From assembly GCA_033763315.1 (NCBI GenBank), contig JANRKS010000026.1, forward strand, positions 1-64,000: a stretch of DNA of 64,000 nucleotides, written 5' to 3'. Below the pieces are notes generated by a model. It worked only from the letters and a program-made list of their open reading frames with translations, was not told where the DNA came from and ran no database searches. The position numbers and the translations under genes were made by a program. Every line of letters starts with the position of its first letter. The stretch's first letter is position 1. This stretch comes from Deltaproteobacteria bacterium. Lineage in GTDB: Bacteria > Myxococcota_A > Polyangia > Fen-1088. Below are positions 47,582 through 57,375 of the stretch, in pieces.

Positions 47582-48454
47582 CTAGGGAATACGCCCTATG
47601 GCCACGTCCACCAGGCTGCCACGGACGTTCTTAAACGTGGCGCCGTTGTTGGTGGACACCTGAATCTGCCCGCCGTTGTTTCGCACGACCACATTGTCCA
47701 CTTGGTTCACGTCGCCAGGATAATTGCCGCCTGGGATCCAATTTCCTACACCATCTTTGGTGTGGTACACGGGGCTGCCTGGATCGCCGCTGGTCCAGAA
47801 CTCGCCGTTGGCAAACGTGACGCGACGTAAATGGCCGCCACCTGCGTTGGCAATTCTGGTCCATGTCACACCATCAAGTGACTTTGCCGCTTGGCCCAAG
47901 CCGCCGGCGGCGATGAACATTCCATTGCCCCACGCCACGCCACCTTGCCATTGGCCGTGAGGGTTCTTGTGTTCCGTCCATTTAAGTCCATCTGTGGAAC
48001 TTAAAAACTTCCACCCCACAACCACCAAACGTCCGGCGCCAACAGCGGCGCCACGCAACAGATATTGATCGTCGCCGCCGCCGCCTAAGGTTTGCTCGCC
48101 CACCCATGTGGCACCAAGATCAAAACTGACGATGCGTCGACCGGCGTACCCCGCCGCCACGATCGCAATTCGGCCGGTTTGTGGTTCAGATGCACCCGCG
48201 TCGCCCACGGTCCCCGCGTCTTGATTGGTGGGGAGGCCTGCGTCCTGCGGGGCCCCCGCTGAGCCCGCGTTACCGCCGTTTGAAGCGGCCACGCCTCCGC
48301 CTCCGCCCTCCCCATCACCTCCACCCTCCTGCATGCCATTGCCCGATTGGCCGCCAGGGGCGTTATCGTCGTTGGCCATCCCGAGTTCGTCGGCCGCTCC
48401 ACAACCTGAGACAACAAGAGCCACCACTGAAAAGAACGCACGCGAGCACTTCAT
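47582..48454 (-). CDS. Lipoprotein with BNR/Asp-box repeats (beta-propeller-like)
   Basis: VSGC lipobox; Gly linker; SFDLGATW, STDGLKW, SLDGVTW, STNNGATF. Confidence 0.75.
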   Translation of the reverse strand: MKCSRAFFSVVALVVSGCGAADELGMANDDNAPGGQSGNGMQEGGGDGEGGGGGVAASNGGNAGSAGAPQDAGLPTNQDAGTVGDAGASEPQTGRIAIVAAGYAGRRIVSFDLGATWVGEQTLGGGGDDQYLLRGAAVGAGRLVVVGWKFLSSTDGLKWTEHKNPHGQWQGGVAWGNGMFIAAGGLGQAAKSLDGVTWTRIANAGGGHLRRVTFANGEFWTSGDPGSPVYHTKDGVGNWIPGGNYPGDVNQVDNVVVRNNGGQIQVSTNNGATFKNVRGSLVDVAIGRIP

Positions 48455-48566
48455 GGGATCGCCTTTCCTGAAACAGCATCGAAAGGAACCTCCACATTAG
48501 GAGGGGGCTTAAAAGGCTAGTGCGATCCCACGGGCGGAGCAAGAACGTTCCACCACGTCCGCCCGT
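48452..48566 (-). promoter_or_regulatory. Structured 5' UTR sequestering RBS and AUG
   Basis: CGUGGGAUCGC pairs with GCGAUCCCAUG; internal CCUCC/GGAGG and CUUUC/GAAAG stems; upstream 9-bp hairpin. Confidence 0.5.
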
Positions 48567-48639
48567 TACCAAAGGTATTTACACAGGTCAGACACGCTGG
48601 CGGATGGCCGCCGTTATCCGCAATCAAAAGCGTGAGTCG

Positions 48640-49443
48640 TTAGGCGCCAAAGTGATACGCAGAAATACTCAGCTCAAGGATCGTGCCCTTGTACCCCAGG
48701 GTGCCTTGATCCTCACCTGCGGCGCCAGCGATCACCATCAGCGGAAGCAAGTGTTCTTCACGCGGATGAGATTGACGAGCGGCGGGCGCCTTCGCCCAGT
48801 GCAACAGCTGCTTGTTGCGCTCTTCGGCGGGTGCCGTGGCCGCTTGTCGCAACCACGCGTCGAACGCTTCTGAAACCTCTTTTGCCCCCCGGTGAAAAGA
48901 TCGCAGGTTGTGATACGTCATGCCGCTGCCCACGATGAACACGCCTTCATCGCGCAACGGCGAAAGCGCTTTCCCAATGTTCAGGTGTTCTTGTGGATCT
49001 AAGCCACGCTTGAGCGAAAGCTGCAGCGTGGGCACATCCGCTTTCGGGTACGCCAACTTCAAAGGCACGAACGTTCCGTGGTCAAAACCACGTTCGGGAT
49101 CCACCTCGGTTGCAAAGCCCGCTTTGGCAAGCAGCGATTGCACACGTGGCGCCAACTGCGGCGCGCCCGGCGCAGGCCATGTGATGGTGTATGACTCGGG
49201 CGGAAAGCCGTAGTAGTCGTAAAACATCGGTGGCTTGGCAGCCGTCATCAACGTGGGCACATCTTCTTCCCAATGTGCGGAAACCACGAGCAGCGCTTTA
49301 GGGGGCGTGGCAGGCAAAGCGGCCACATTGCGGAGGTATGTGGCCAAGGCGTCCAGCTCGAGGGGGCTGCCAAAGGGCAACTTCACGAACGGCCAAGGGC
49401 CCCCACCATGGGGAAGAAAAACTGTGGGCATTCTCGATGACAT
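48640..49443 (-). CDS. DODA/LigB-type extradiol dioxygenase
   Basis: PHGGGP, SAHWE, YDYYGFP, RGFDHG, GSGMTYHNL, HPREEHLLP. Confidence 0.9.
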   Translation of the reverse strand: MSSRMPTVFLPHGGGPWPFVKLPFGSPLELDALATYLRNVAALPATPPKALLVVSAHWEEDVPTLMTAAKPPMFYDYYGFPPESYTITWPAPGAPQLAPRVQSLLAKAGFATEVDPERGFDHGTFVPLKLAYPKADVPTLQLSLKRGLDPQEHLNIGKALSPLRDEGVFIVGSGMTYHNLRSFHRGAKEVSEAFDAWLRQAATAPAEERNKQLLHWAKAPAARQSHPREEHLLPLMVIAGAAGEDQGTLGYKGTILELSISAYHFGA

Positions 49444-49471
49444 GACTGTTCCTTTGATGCCACGGCGGCCG

Positions 49472-50821
49472 CTACGTTACCTCGCGGCGGATCAGGCGAA
49501 ATACACCGTAAAACGCAGCTAGTAACGCGAGGTAAACAAGCGCCACGGCTGCATTAAAATAGATCATGGCCGCCAAAGCCACAGCGGCGCCCCCCAGCGC
49601 AAAACCGGGCAGCCACGGATAAAGCGGCGCGGCGAACGGTCGCGCCATGTGCGGCTCCACCCGGCGCAGTTTAAACAACGCCGCCATGCTCACGATGTAC
49701 ATCGTCAACGCCCCAAACACAGACAGTGTCACCAACGCCGCGGTGAGACTCTGCCCCCGGAACTGAATGAGGCTGTCGCTCAAGATCGCAGTGATGCCCA
49801 CGGCGCCACCACTGAGGATCGCCCAATGGGGCGTGGCAAAGCGGGGATGCAGCCGCGCCAAGAACGCGGGCAGATATCCCTCGCGCGCTTGCGCAAACAT
49901 TTGCCGTGAATATCCCAAGATGATGCCGTGAAATGAAGCCACAAGCCCGAACAAGCCCAACCACACCAACATGTGCAGCCAGCCACTGCTCCTGCCCACA
50001 ACCATCTTCATCGCTTGCGGGAGCGGATCATTGATATTCGCCAGTTGCCGCCAATCGCCCACGCCCCCCGCGAAGATCATCACGCCGAGGGCCAGGGCCA
50101 CCAACGTCGCAATCCCAGCGATGTAAGCCACGGGGATGGACCGTTTTGCATCCTTGGCTTCCTCGGCCGCCATGGCCACGCCTTCGATCGCCAAGAAGAA
50201 CCAGATCGCAAACGGTATTGAGGCAAACATGCCTGGCAAAGCCGCGATAGAAAAGTGTTCCGCTCCAGCCCACCCACCCTTAGCGAAGTGAGCGAACGAG
50301 AAACCAGGAGCCACCACGCCCATGAACACGAGCAGCTCCGCGATCGCCAACAACGTGACCACAAGCTCAAACGTGGCCGCGATGTGCACGCCGGCGATGT
50401 TGAGGCCCATGAACAACACATAGGCGCCTATGGCAGCGAACTTCGGATCAAGGGATGGCCACTGCACGTTCAGATACGCGCCAATCGCCAACGCGATCGC
50501 AGGTGGCGCAAACAAAAACTCGATGAGCGTTGCCACACCCGCGAGGCAGCCGCCGGTGGACCCAAACGCCAGCCGCGCGTAAGCGAAAGGGCCTCCGGCG
50601 CGCGGGATGCTGCACGTGAGCTCCGTGAAGCTAAAGATGAACGCGGCATACATCGCAGCCACCGCCAACGCCGTGACCATGAACCCCAACGTGCCGGCCG
50701 ACGCCCACCCGTAGCTCCAGCCGAAGTACTCGCCCGAAATGACCAGCCCCACGGCGATGCCCCACAATTGGAATGTGCCCAATGTGCGAACCAACGCAGG
50801 GCCCGGCTGTGGCTGACTCAT
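49472..50821 (-). CDS. eat: Ethanolamine permease (APC family)
   Basis: WGIAVGLVISGEYFGW, WFFLAIEG, NDPLPQAM, ASFHGII. Confidence 0.88.
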   Translation of the reverse strand: MSQPQPGPALVRTLGTFQLWGIAVGLVISGEYFGWSYGWASAGTLGFMVTALAVAAMYAAFIFSFTELTCSIPRAGGPFAYARLAFGSTGGCLAGVATLIEFLFAPPAIALAIGAYLNVQWPSLDPKFAAIGAYVLFMGLNIAGVHIAATFELVVTLLAIAELLVFMGVVAPGFSFAHFAKGGWAGAEHFSIAALPGMFASIPFAIWFFLAIEGVAMAAEEAKDAKRSIPVAYIAGIATLVALALGVMIFAGGVGDWRQLANINDPLPQAMKMVVGRSSGWLHMLVWLGLFGLVASFHGIILGYSRQMFAQAREGYLPAFLARLHPRFATPHWAILSGGAVGITAILSDSLIQFRGQSLTAALVTLSVFGALTMYIVSMAALFKLRRVEPHMARPFAAPLYPWLPGFALGGAAVALAAMIYFNAAVALVYLALLAAFYGVFRLIRREVT

Positions 50822-50960
50822 GAGGTTTAGTAGAAACCAGGCGACGCCAAAGGTACAGGCAGCATCGCCCAATTGGACGTTCTACACATCGCCGTATGAT
50901 GGCGTCTATGTTGCGCGTTTGTGAATTGTTTGCCGACTTGTTTGCGCCTATTGCGCTTAG

Positions 50961-53771
50961 GTGTACCGTGTCGGTCTCATGTCTTGGATTGGGTTACGTC
51001 GTAATCAAGGTGTCAAGGCAGCGATCGCTGCCGTCTTGGGTTTGCTTTCGGCTTGCCAAACCTCCGCTGTGGGCTTGCGCGACACGGCTGAGGCCGAAGA
51101 TCAGCTTGCACGCGAGGGGGACGTGGGCGTAGGCCAGTTGCGATTCGAGACCTCTCAAACCCAATTGCCAAACGGACTAAAGGTCGAGTTCGATTCAGCT
51201 CAAACGCGAGGGATGGTGGGCATCTACCTCACGATCGGCGTCGGATCGGGTGCAGACCCAGCGGGTAAAGAAGGCTTGGCTCATCTCGTGGAACATCTGG
51301 CCTTCCGTTCAAGGTCTGCCCAGTTTAACGGGCGCAGCTTGGAGGAGCATCTGCAATGGTTAGGCGGCACGTTGATGAACGCTACCACGCGCGCCGGGGA
51401 TACCACCTATCACGTGTACGGCCCGAAAGCCGCCTTTCCGCAGCTCATGCAAGCCATGGCGTTGGTCTTGGATGCGCCACTTGCGGGCATCGACGCCAGG
51501 GCCGTGTCGCTGGAAGCCTCCATCGCCGCCAACGAGGTAACAGGGGCAGACGAAACGGGCTTGATGACGCCGTTGATCAACCGCGTCTATGCGCTCTTCA
51601 TGCCGGACGGCAAGGGGTGGCACAGGCACGCGGCTGATACACCCGAGACCTACAAACGTTTGAGCCTTGTGGATGCCGAGTCTTTCGTAAACCAGCACTA
51701 CTATCCAGCCAACGCGACCTTGCTGGTTGTCTCGGATGCTGCGCCCAAAACACTTTTGTCAAGACTGCCGCGTGGGTGGGCAAGCCGCGGCGTGAAGCCT
51801 TTGCCAACTGTTGACGTGCCGGCGAAGAACTCACCTCAACGGGTGACCGCCCAATCGATGCCGATCGAAGGGCCATTCGACAAAGCGGGAGTTGCAGTCG
51901 TGTTCACGTTACCCAGCCTCTACGGAGATCAAGGGCATTTGAGCCGGCTCGTTACCTCACCCGACGTGGCGGACTGGTACAAGTACGAACTTGAGCAACT
52001 CGCTGACATTGACGAAGCACACGTGCTCACGATTCCAGCGAAAGAGGCCACGGGTCTGGCAGTCTTTCTTCTGACAAAGGGGACGCCCGACGAATCGCAA
52101 CTCCGTCGTTCAACCAGCGGCGTGTTGTCCCGCGCTTTCTCGGCTCACATGCCGGCGCAGCCCAGTTACTTGTCGATGCGGGACGTAGCAGCGATCGAAA
52201 AGCGCAGATTGGGATTGATGCGGGTCTTAGCCACGGCCCAGGTGCTACTTGATGATGAAAGCTTCGTAGATCGTTCGGAACGTCGCGCTCGCGCGTTTCA
52301 CATGACGGGCGACGCTGGTTTCGCAAATGGCGTTATCACTCGACTTTCAAGCGCTCAGTCCGAGGACGTCGAAAGGTTTTGTGCAGGTCAATTTGCTTTC
52401 GATCAATCAAAGTCGTTCGCCTTTCGGGCAAAGCAGCCACGGGGACAGGCCGCAGCAGCCAAGGGCCCAGCAGCATCCGACGCCGTGGCACACGCGCCAT
52501 CGAACGCGGCTGACGAAAGCTTGCCCGCCGTCGCGGTAAAGGCGGCTCCTGCGCTCACTGATTTGCACCGTTTTCACTTGGCTAATGGATTGGACGTGGT
52601 GATCGTGCCTTACCACGACTATCCCACCGTCACAGTTGCGATGGGCTTTAGAGGAGGCAACGCAGGCAGTCCCTCGCCGGCGGTGGCAGATCTTCTGCGT
52701 CGTATTCAACGAGTCGTTGATACAGACGGCGTGGCCAACGGCATCACCGCCGTACAGGTGGATCAGCCTGACATGGCCATCGACGTGGTTAGGGCCGGAA
52801 AGAACGCGTTGCCGAACGCGTTACTGGTTCTTGCTCAACGTATTTCGATGTCCGATGCCAATGAAGTGTGGGCGCGCCACTTCCGCACCGGACTCAGCCA
52901 ACCGTCTAAGGATGCGAAGGCAAGCACCATCGTACGTGCGAAACTCATGTCGGCGCTTTACCCTAAACATCCTTATGGCCACGTGATCGAAGCCGCGGAC
53001 TACGAAAAGGTCACCGATGCCGAGCTGCGAGCTTATCTACCGATGATGCACCGGCCGGATAACACAACACTCGTGATTGCAGGTGACGTGGACGTCGCAC
53101 AAACCGAAAAGCTGGTTCGCCGTCGATTTGGCAGTTGGAAGGGAGACGACCAGGCCAAGCCGCCCCGGATCCCTGCGGCGCCCGAGCCCTCACCCGGACC
53201 AAGTGCACCCATTGTCGTCTCAAAGGACGGCAGCTTGCAGGTTGACGTCACCGTCGGTTGTCGGCTGCCCGCCGCGAACGATCCATTAACGGCGGCCCGC
53301 ACACTCGTGATCAAGTCGATCATCTTTTCGGCCTACTGGAAGTCGTTGCGCAGCGAACTTGGCCTTTCTTACGGTACACACGTGCAACCGACGCTATCGC
53401 AAGGCGGGAGCCACCTATTGGCTGAAACAAGCATTGATACAGACCGGTTCGCGGAAGCCTGGCCCGTGCTTGAATCGCTGTGGCACAGGTTAAAGATGGG
53501 AGAGCTGACAGACGGCGAATTGCGGGAAGCTCAACGTCTGGCGTTGGCGGCCAACAATTTGCAGGTCACGGGAAGCACTTCTTTGGCGTGGGAGGTCCTC
53601 TCAGCGATCCGCAACAAGTGGGATCCGCAGACATACGATCAGTTTGGTTCACTCATAAACGCAGCCAACAGCAAGGCGATTCGGCGCGATCTTGCGGTAT
53701 GTGCCAACTCGCGCGTAACAAGCTTGGTTGGCAGTCCAGCGGCCCTCAAGTCTGTCAGGCTCACACAGTAG
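50961..53771 (+). CDS. M16 (insulinase/pitrilysin) metallopeptidase, probable lipoprotein
   Basis: LPNGL, GLAHLVEH (HxxEH), HYYPAN; second LANGL half; RSELGLSYG. Confidence 0.85.
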   Translation: MYRVGLMSWIGLRRNQGVKAAIAAVLGLLSACQTSAVGLRDTAEAEDQLAREGDVGVGQLRFETSQTQLPNGLKVEFDSAQTRGMVGIYLTIGVGSGADPAGKEGLAHLVEHLAFRSRSAQFNGRSLEEHLQWLGGTLMNATTRAGDTTYHVYGPKAAFPQLMQAMALVLDAPLAGIDARAVSLEASIAANEVTGADETGLMTPLINRVYALFMPDGKGWHRHAADTPETYKRLSLVDAESFVNQHYYPANATLLVVSDAAPKTLLSRLPRGWASRGVKPLPTVDVPAKNSPQRVTAQSMPIEGPFDKAGVAVVFTLPSLYGDQGHLSRLVTSPDVADWYKYELEQLADIDEAHVLTIPAKEATGLAVFLLTKGTPDESQLRRSTSGVLSRAFSAHMPAQPSYLSMRDVAAIEKRRLGLMRVLATAQVLLDDESFVDRSERRARAFHMTGDAGFANGVITRLSSAQSEDVERFCAGQFAFDQSKSFAFRAKQPRGQAAAAKGPAASDAVAHAPSNAADESLPAVAVKAAPALTDLHRFHLANGLDVVIVPYHDYPTVTVAMGFRGGNAGSPSPAVADLLRRIQRVVDTDGVANGITAVQVDQPDMAIDVVRAGKNALPNALLVLAQRISMSDANEVWARHFRTGLSQPSKDAKASTIVRAKLMSALYPKHPYGHVIEAADYEKVTDAELRAYLPMMHRPDNTTLVIAGDVDVAQTEKLVRRRFGSWKGDDQAKPPRIPAAPEPSPGPSAPIVVSKDGSLQVDVTVGCRLPAANDPLTAARTLVIKSIIFSAYWKSLRSELGLSYGTHVQPTLSQGGSHLLAETSIDTDRFAEAWPVLESLWHRLKMGELTDGELREAQRLALAANNLQVTGSTSLAWEVLSAIRNKWDPQTYDQFGSLINAANSKAIRRDLAVCANSRVTSLVGSPAALKSVRLTQ

Positions 53772-53778
53772 GGTCACC

Positions 53779-54360
53779 ATGGACACGAATATCACCGTCG
53801 ATGCCTTCATGACCCGCGCCAAAGCCTGGAAGGGCGAAATGCTGAAGCTGCGAGGAATCTTGCTTGATTGCGGGCTCGACGAAGCCCTGAAGTGGGGCAA
53901 GCCGTGTTACGCCTTCGAGGGCGCGAACGTGGCAATCATCCAGCCCTTTAAGGAGCAATGTGCGCTTATGTTTTTCAAGGGCGTTTTGCTCAAGGACACC
54001 CACAAGCGCCTTCGCAGCCAAGGAGAAAACAGCCAGTCCGCCATGCGCCTGGAGTTCACGAGCGAAGCCGACATCACGGCCGCGTTGGTGAAGTCATACG
54101 TGAAGCAGGCGATCGCGGTGGAAAAGGCGGGGCTCAAAGTCGAGTTTAAGGCCAAGCAGGAGATCGATCTGCCGGAAGAGCTGACCCAGGTGTTCAAGAA
54201 GAACCGCAGCTTCGCCAAAGCCTTTGAAGCTTTGACGCCCGGGCGCCAGCGCGCCTACGTCCTGCACTTCAACGGAGCCAAACAATCACAGACGCGCACG
54301 GCCCGCATCGAAAAGTGCATGCCCCGGATCCTAGCGGGACTGGGCATGAACGATCGTTAG
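53779..54360 (+). CDS. YdeI/OmpD-associated (DUF1801) protein
   Basis: LKWGKPCY, FFKG, LTPGRQRAY, AKQSQTR. Confidence 0.9.
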   Translation: MDTNITVDAFMTRAKAWKGEMLKLRGILLDCGLDEALKWGKPCYAFEGANVAIIQPFKEQCALMFFKGVLLKDTHKRLRSQGENSQSAMRLEFTSEADITAALVKSYVKQAIAVEKAGLKVEFKAKQEIDLPEELTQVFKKNRSFAKAFEALTPGRQRAYVLHFNGAKQSQTRTARIEKCMPRILAGLGMNDR

Positions 54361-54378
54361 CGGATGTCACCGAGCGCG

Positions 54379-54610
54379 TCAGTTCGAATCTCCGCAGATG
54401 AACGACAGACCGAAGTCAGCGCTCGTGTCCTTTGCACACTTACCGTTCACACAGGCGCCGCCCACAGGTTGAATTTTGGTGCACGCACCGGTTTTGCCGG
54501 AGCAGCTTAGGCCATCAGCCACATGGCATAAAAACACCTTAAGCAGGACATCATCGGATTGCGTGCCACGCCATAAGTGAGGTTGCCGTCCACGGTTCCG
54601 GCGCACGGGG
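54379..54610 (-). pseudogene. Frameshifted C-terminal remnant of a Cys-rich protein
   Basis: PCAGTVDGNLTY in one frame continues as ...FLCHVADGLSCSGKTGACTK...CVNGKC...ICGDSN* in another; no start. Confidence 0.45.
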
Positions 54611-54625
54611 GCAAAGGCTAGGACA

Positions 54626-55246
54626 CTACGGTCCGCCCGCTCTTTGCCGCGCAAGCTCGGCTTCAAGCTCACCGATGCGTTTGTCTCGCATCGCCAAAGC
54701 CGCATTCACATCCGCCGCCTCTAAGCGGATAGGGATGTGCTGTGGGCAATTCGAATCCCATGCCTTCACCGTAAACAAGATGGCTCGCTCGGGCTTGGCC
54801 TCGTATCCCTGTGGCATCAACGAAGCCACAAGATCGGGATCGTCCTCAACCACTTTCGCGACGCCCCAGATCTTTACACGCCTTTGGTGCGTGTAATCCA
54901 TCAGGAACAGATGTGCTTTGGGGTTCTCCGCCAAGTTGCCCAACGAGATGTACTGCCGGTTGCCGCGAAAGTCCGCGAAGCCCAGCGTGTGTTCGTCGAT
55001 GACGCGCAGAAATCCCTTGGGGCCGCCTCGGTGTTGAATGTACGGCTGCCCAAGCGCGTTCGCCGTGGCGAGGTAAACGCTGGTCTGCTCAAAGATAAAA
55101 GCTGCAAGATCTTCGGTGATCGTGGTTTCCCACCCTTCCCCTTGCTCCATCCGCGCGTAAGCGTGCCGCGAGCCTTTGCTCTTCTGGATGGCCTTGACCG
55201 TGTCAGTGAAGGCGATGTCGCTGGGAACAATCTTGTGTGCCGTCAT
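54626..55246 (-). CDS. Pyridoxamine 5'-phosphate oxidase-related FMN-binding protein
   Basis: QHRGGPKGF, ADFRGNRQY, WDSNCPQHIP. Confidence 0.9.
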   Translation of the reverse strand: MTAHKIVPSDIAFTDTVKAIQKSKGSRHAYARMEQGEGWETTITEDLAAFIFEQTSVYLATANALGQPYIQHRGGPKGFLRVIDEHTLGFADFRGNRQYISLGNLAENPKAHLFLMDYTHQRRVKIWGVAKVVEDDPDLVASLMPQGYEAKPERAILFTVKAWDSNCPQHIPIRLEAADVNAALAMRDKRIGELEAELARQRAGGP

Positions 55247-55272
55247 GTCTGCCCCCTTTGCGGCGCGAGAGC

Positions 55273-55737
55273 TTACAACCCCAACGCCGTCAGGCCCGGG
55301 TGATCCTCCGGACGTGGCCCGAGCGGCCAATGAAACAAACGTTCATCCGCACGGATGCGTACGTCATTGATGCTGGCTTCGCGCCGGCGCATCAAGCCGT
55401 GCTCATCAAACTCCCACTGCTCGTTGCCGTGCGCGCGCGTCCAAACGCCGCTTTCATCGTGACATTCATAAACGAAGCGAACGGCAATGCGGTTATCGGC
55501 GAACGCCCACACTTCTTTGATGAGGCGGTAGTCGAGTTCGGTTTGCCACTTGCGCACCAAGAAGGCTTCGATGGCGGCACGGCCGGAAAAGAACTGTGAG
55601 CGGTTACGCCAGCGGCTATCTGGTGTGTACGCCGCGGCCACCCGCGCAGGATCGCGGGTGTTCCATGCGTTCTCGGCCATACGCGCCTTTTGCGCGGCAG
55701 TGTGGGCAGTGAAAGGTGGCAGCGGCGGTCGGTCCAT
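55273..55737 (-). CDS. DUF1348 (NTF2-like) protein
   Basis: [38 protein letters not shown]. Confidence 0.9.
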   Translation of the reverse strand: MDRPPLPPFTAHTAAQKARMAENAWNTRDPARVAAAYTPDSRWRNRSQFFSGRAAIEAFLVRKWQTELDYRLIKEVWAFADNRIAVRFVYECHDESGVWTRAHGNEQWEFDEHGLMRRREASINDVRIRADERLFHWPLGPRPEDHPGLTALGL

Positions 55738-55756
55738 GTGTTGATCCTTGTGAGTG

Positions 55757-56305
55757 TTATCGATGGTGGTGCGCAACGACGGGAAAATCTATTTCGGTCC
55801 CGGCCACCACATTGACGTAGTTGGTAAGCGTATTCAAAGCGACATGCAAAACGATCTCAATGATCTGAGCGTCGTTGTAGCCTGCGTCCTTGACCGCCTG
55901 CACGTCGGCATCTGTCACATGACCGCGGGCGCGCACGACTTTGCCAGCGAAATTTAGAGCCGCCGCCGCTTTGGCGTCAGTGGAACCACCCTCGCGATTG
56001 GCCTGCATTTCCGCATCGTCCAGCTTTGTGGCGTGCTTGCCAAGGTACGTGTGCGCGGATAGGCAATAATCGCAGCCATTGGTCTCGGCCACAACCAAAG
56101 CCAAGCGCGCCCGCGTTCGCGCATCCAAATGGCCTTTGCCGAGGGCCCCACTGAGCCCCAAGTAGCCTTCAAGCGCTGCGGGGCTGTTGCCCACAACGCG
56201 AAACAAGTTGGGTACAGAACCCAATTGCTTCTTCACCGCTTCAAGCAGCGGCTGCGAAGCTGCAGGTGAAGACTCAACGGACGACGGCGTGGCGATGCGT
56301 GACAT
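55757..56305 (-). CDS. AhpD/carboxymuconolactone decarboxylase-family peroxidase
   Basis: [21 protein letters not shown]. Confidence 0.9.
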   Translation of the reverse strand: MSRIATPSSVESSPAASQPLLEAVKKQLGSVPNLFRVVGNSPAALEGYLGLSGALGKGHLDARTRARLALVVAETNGCDYCLSAHTYLGKHATKLDDAEMQANREGGSTDAKAAAALNFAGKVVRARGHVTDADVQAVKDAGYNDAQIIEIVLHVALNTLTNYVNVVAGTEIDFPVVAHHHR

Positions 56306-56365
56306 GAGTGATCCTTTGGTAGGGGGCCACCGCACTGGCGGCCCGATGCTCAAAAGGATGCGTCA

Positions 56366-56421
56366 TTGCATATGGAACAACAATAATCGCATGGTGCAAG
56401 TCACTATTGCGTATAGTGCAA
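56366..56421. promoter_or_regulatory. LysR T-N11-A boxes in the divergent promoter
   Basis: TTGC-GTATAGT-GCAA (56407-21) and TTGC-ATATGGA-ACAA (56366-80). Confidence 0.6.
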
Positions 56422-56429
56422 CAATCTAA

Positions 56430-57326
56430 ATGGACCGTCTGGATGCGATGACAGTGTTTGTGGCGGTGGCCGAGCAGCGCGGGTTCGCCCCTGCCGCTCG
56501 GCGTCTCCGTATTTCAGCGTCGGCAGCCACCCGCATGGTGGCGGGCCTTGAAGATAAACTTGGCATCCGGCTGCTCACGCGCACCACGCGGTCCGTAACG
56601 CTAACAAGCGCAGGGTCTCGCTTCTTGGAACGCGCACGGCAGATCCTGTCTGATGTCGCTGAAGCTGAGAACGCCGCGCAGCAAGAACGAACAACACCCA
56701 CGGGCCGCTTCGTGGTGGCGGCGCCGCTGATGTTTGGGCGCATGCACGTCGCGCCGTTGATGTGCACCTATCTTTCTAAATACCCTCGCGTGCGCGGCGA
56801 GCTGACGCTTGCCGATCGTTTGGTGAATCTTGTGGACGATGGCATTGACGCCGCGATTCGCATCGGCATTTTAGAAGACTCAAGCCTCGTGGCCCGCCTC
56901 GTTGGCGCCACCAGACGCGTTGTCGTTGCGTCACCTGCCTACCTTGAAAGGCACCGCAAGATCCACAAGCCGAACGATTTGACCGCGCACAAACTCATTC
57001 AATGCACGGCGCTCGCATCCAACCCAGAATGGCGTTTCTTTGACGGTGACAAGGAGACGCGCGTTGGGTTCGCACCAAGCTACATCACGAACAGCGCCGA
57101 TGCGGCGATAGCGCATGCCGCAGCCTCAGGTGGGCTCACGATGGCGCTGTCTTACCAGGTGAGGGAAGCTGTAAAGGCGCGGAAACTGCGGATCGTACTG
57201 GCAACATTTGAACCGCCACCTTTGCCCATCCACGTCGTGTACCCGACCACTCGGTTGTTATCGGCCAAGGTGAGAGCCTTCACGGATCTTGTGGCAACGC
57301 TCGACTGGCAATTCGTGAGCCTCTAG
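56430..57326 (+). CDS. LysR-family regulator (CrgA-like)
   Basis: HTH, LEDKLGIRLLTRTTRSV, DAAIRIG, KVRAF. Confidence 0.93.
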   Translation: MDRLDAMTVFVAVAEQRGFAPAARRLRISASAATRMVAGLEDKLGIRLLTRTTRSVTLTSAGSRFLERARQILSDVAEAENAAQQERTTPTGRFVVAAPLMFGRMHVAPLMCTYLSKYPRVRGELTLADRLVNLVDDGIDAAIRIGILEDSSLVARLVGATRRVVVASPAYLERHRKIHKPNDLTAHKLIQCTALASNPEWRFFDGDKETRVGFAPSYITNSADAAIAHAAASGGLTMALSYQVREAVKARKLRIVLATFEPPPLPIHVVYPTTRLLSAKVRAFTDLVATLDWQFVSL

Positions 57327-57375
57327 CCAAGTGTGGCTCTTTCGCGGGTGTGAGGCCAATGTCATGCTCCGTGCC

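Noticed and set aside
48455-48530. Cloverleaf-like fold as a possible tRNA
   Set aside because: No T-loop GTTCRA, D-loop consensus or CCA end; it abuts a start codon
50961-53771. M16 peptidase as a novelty
   Set aside because: Single-chain exported M16 peptidases are common; the HxxEH motif is ordinary
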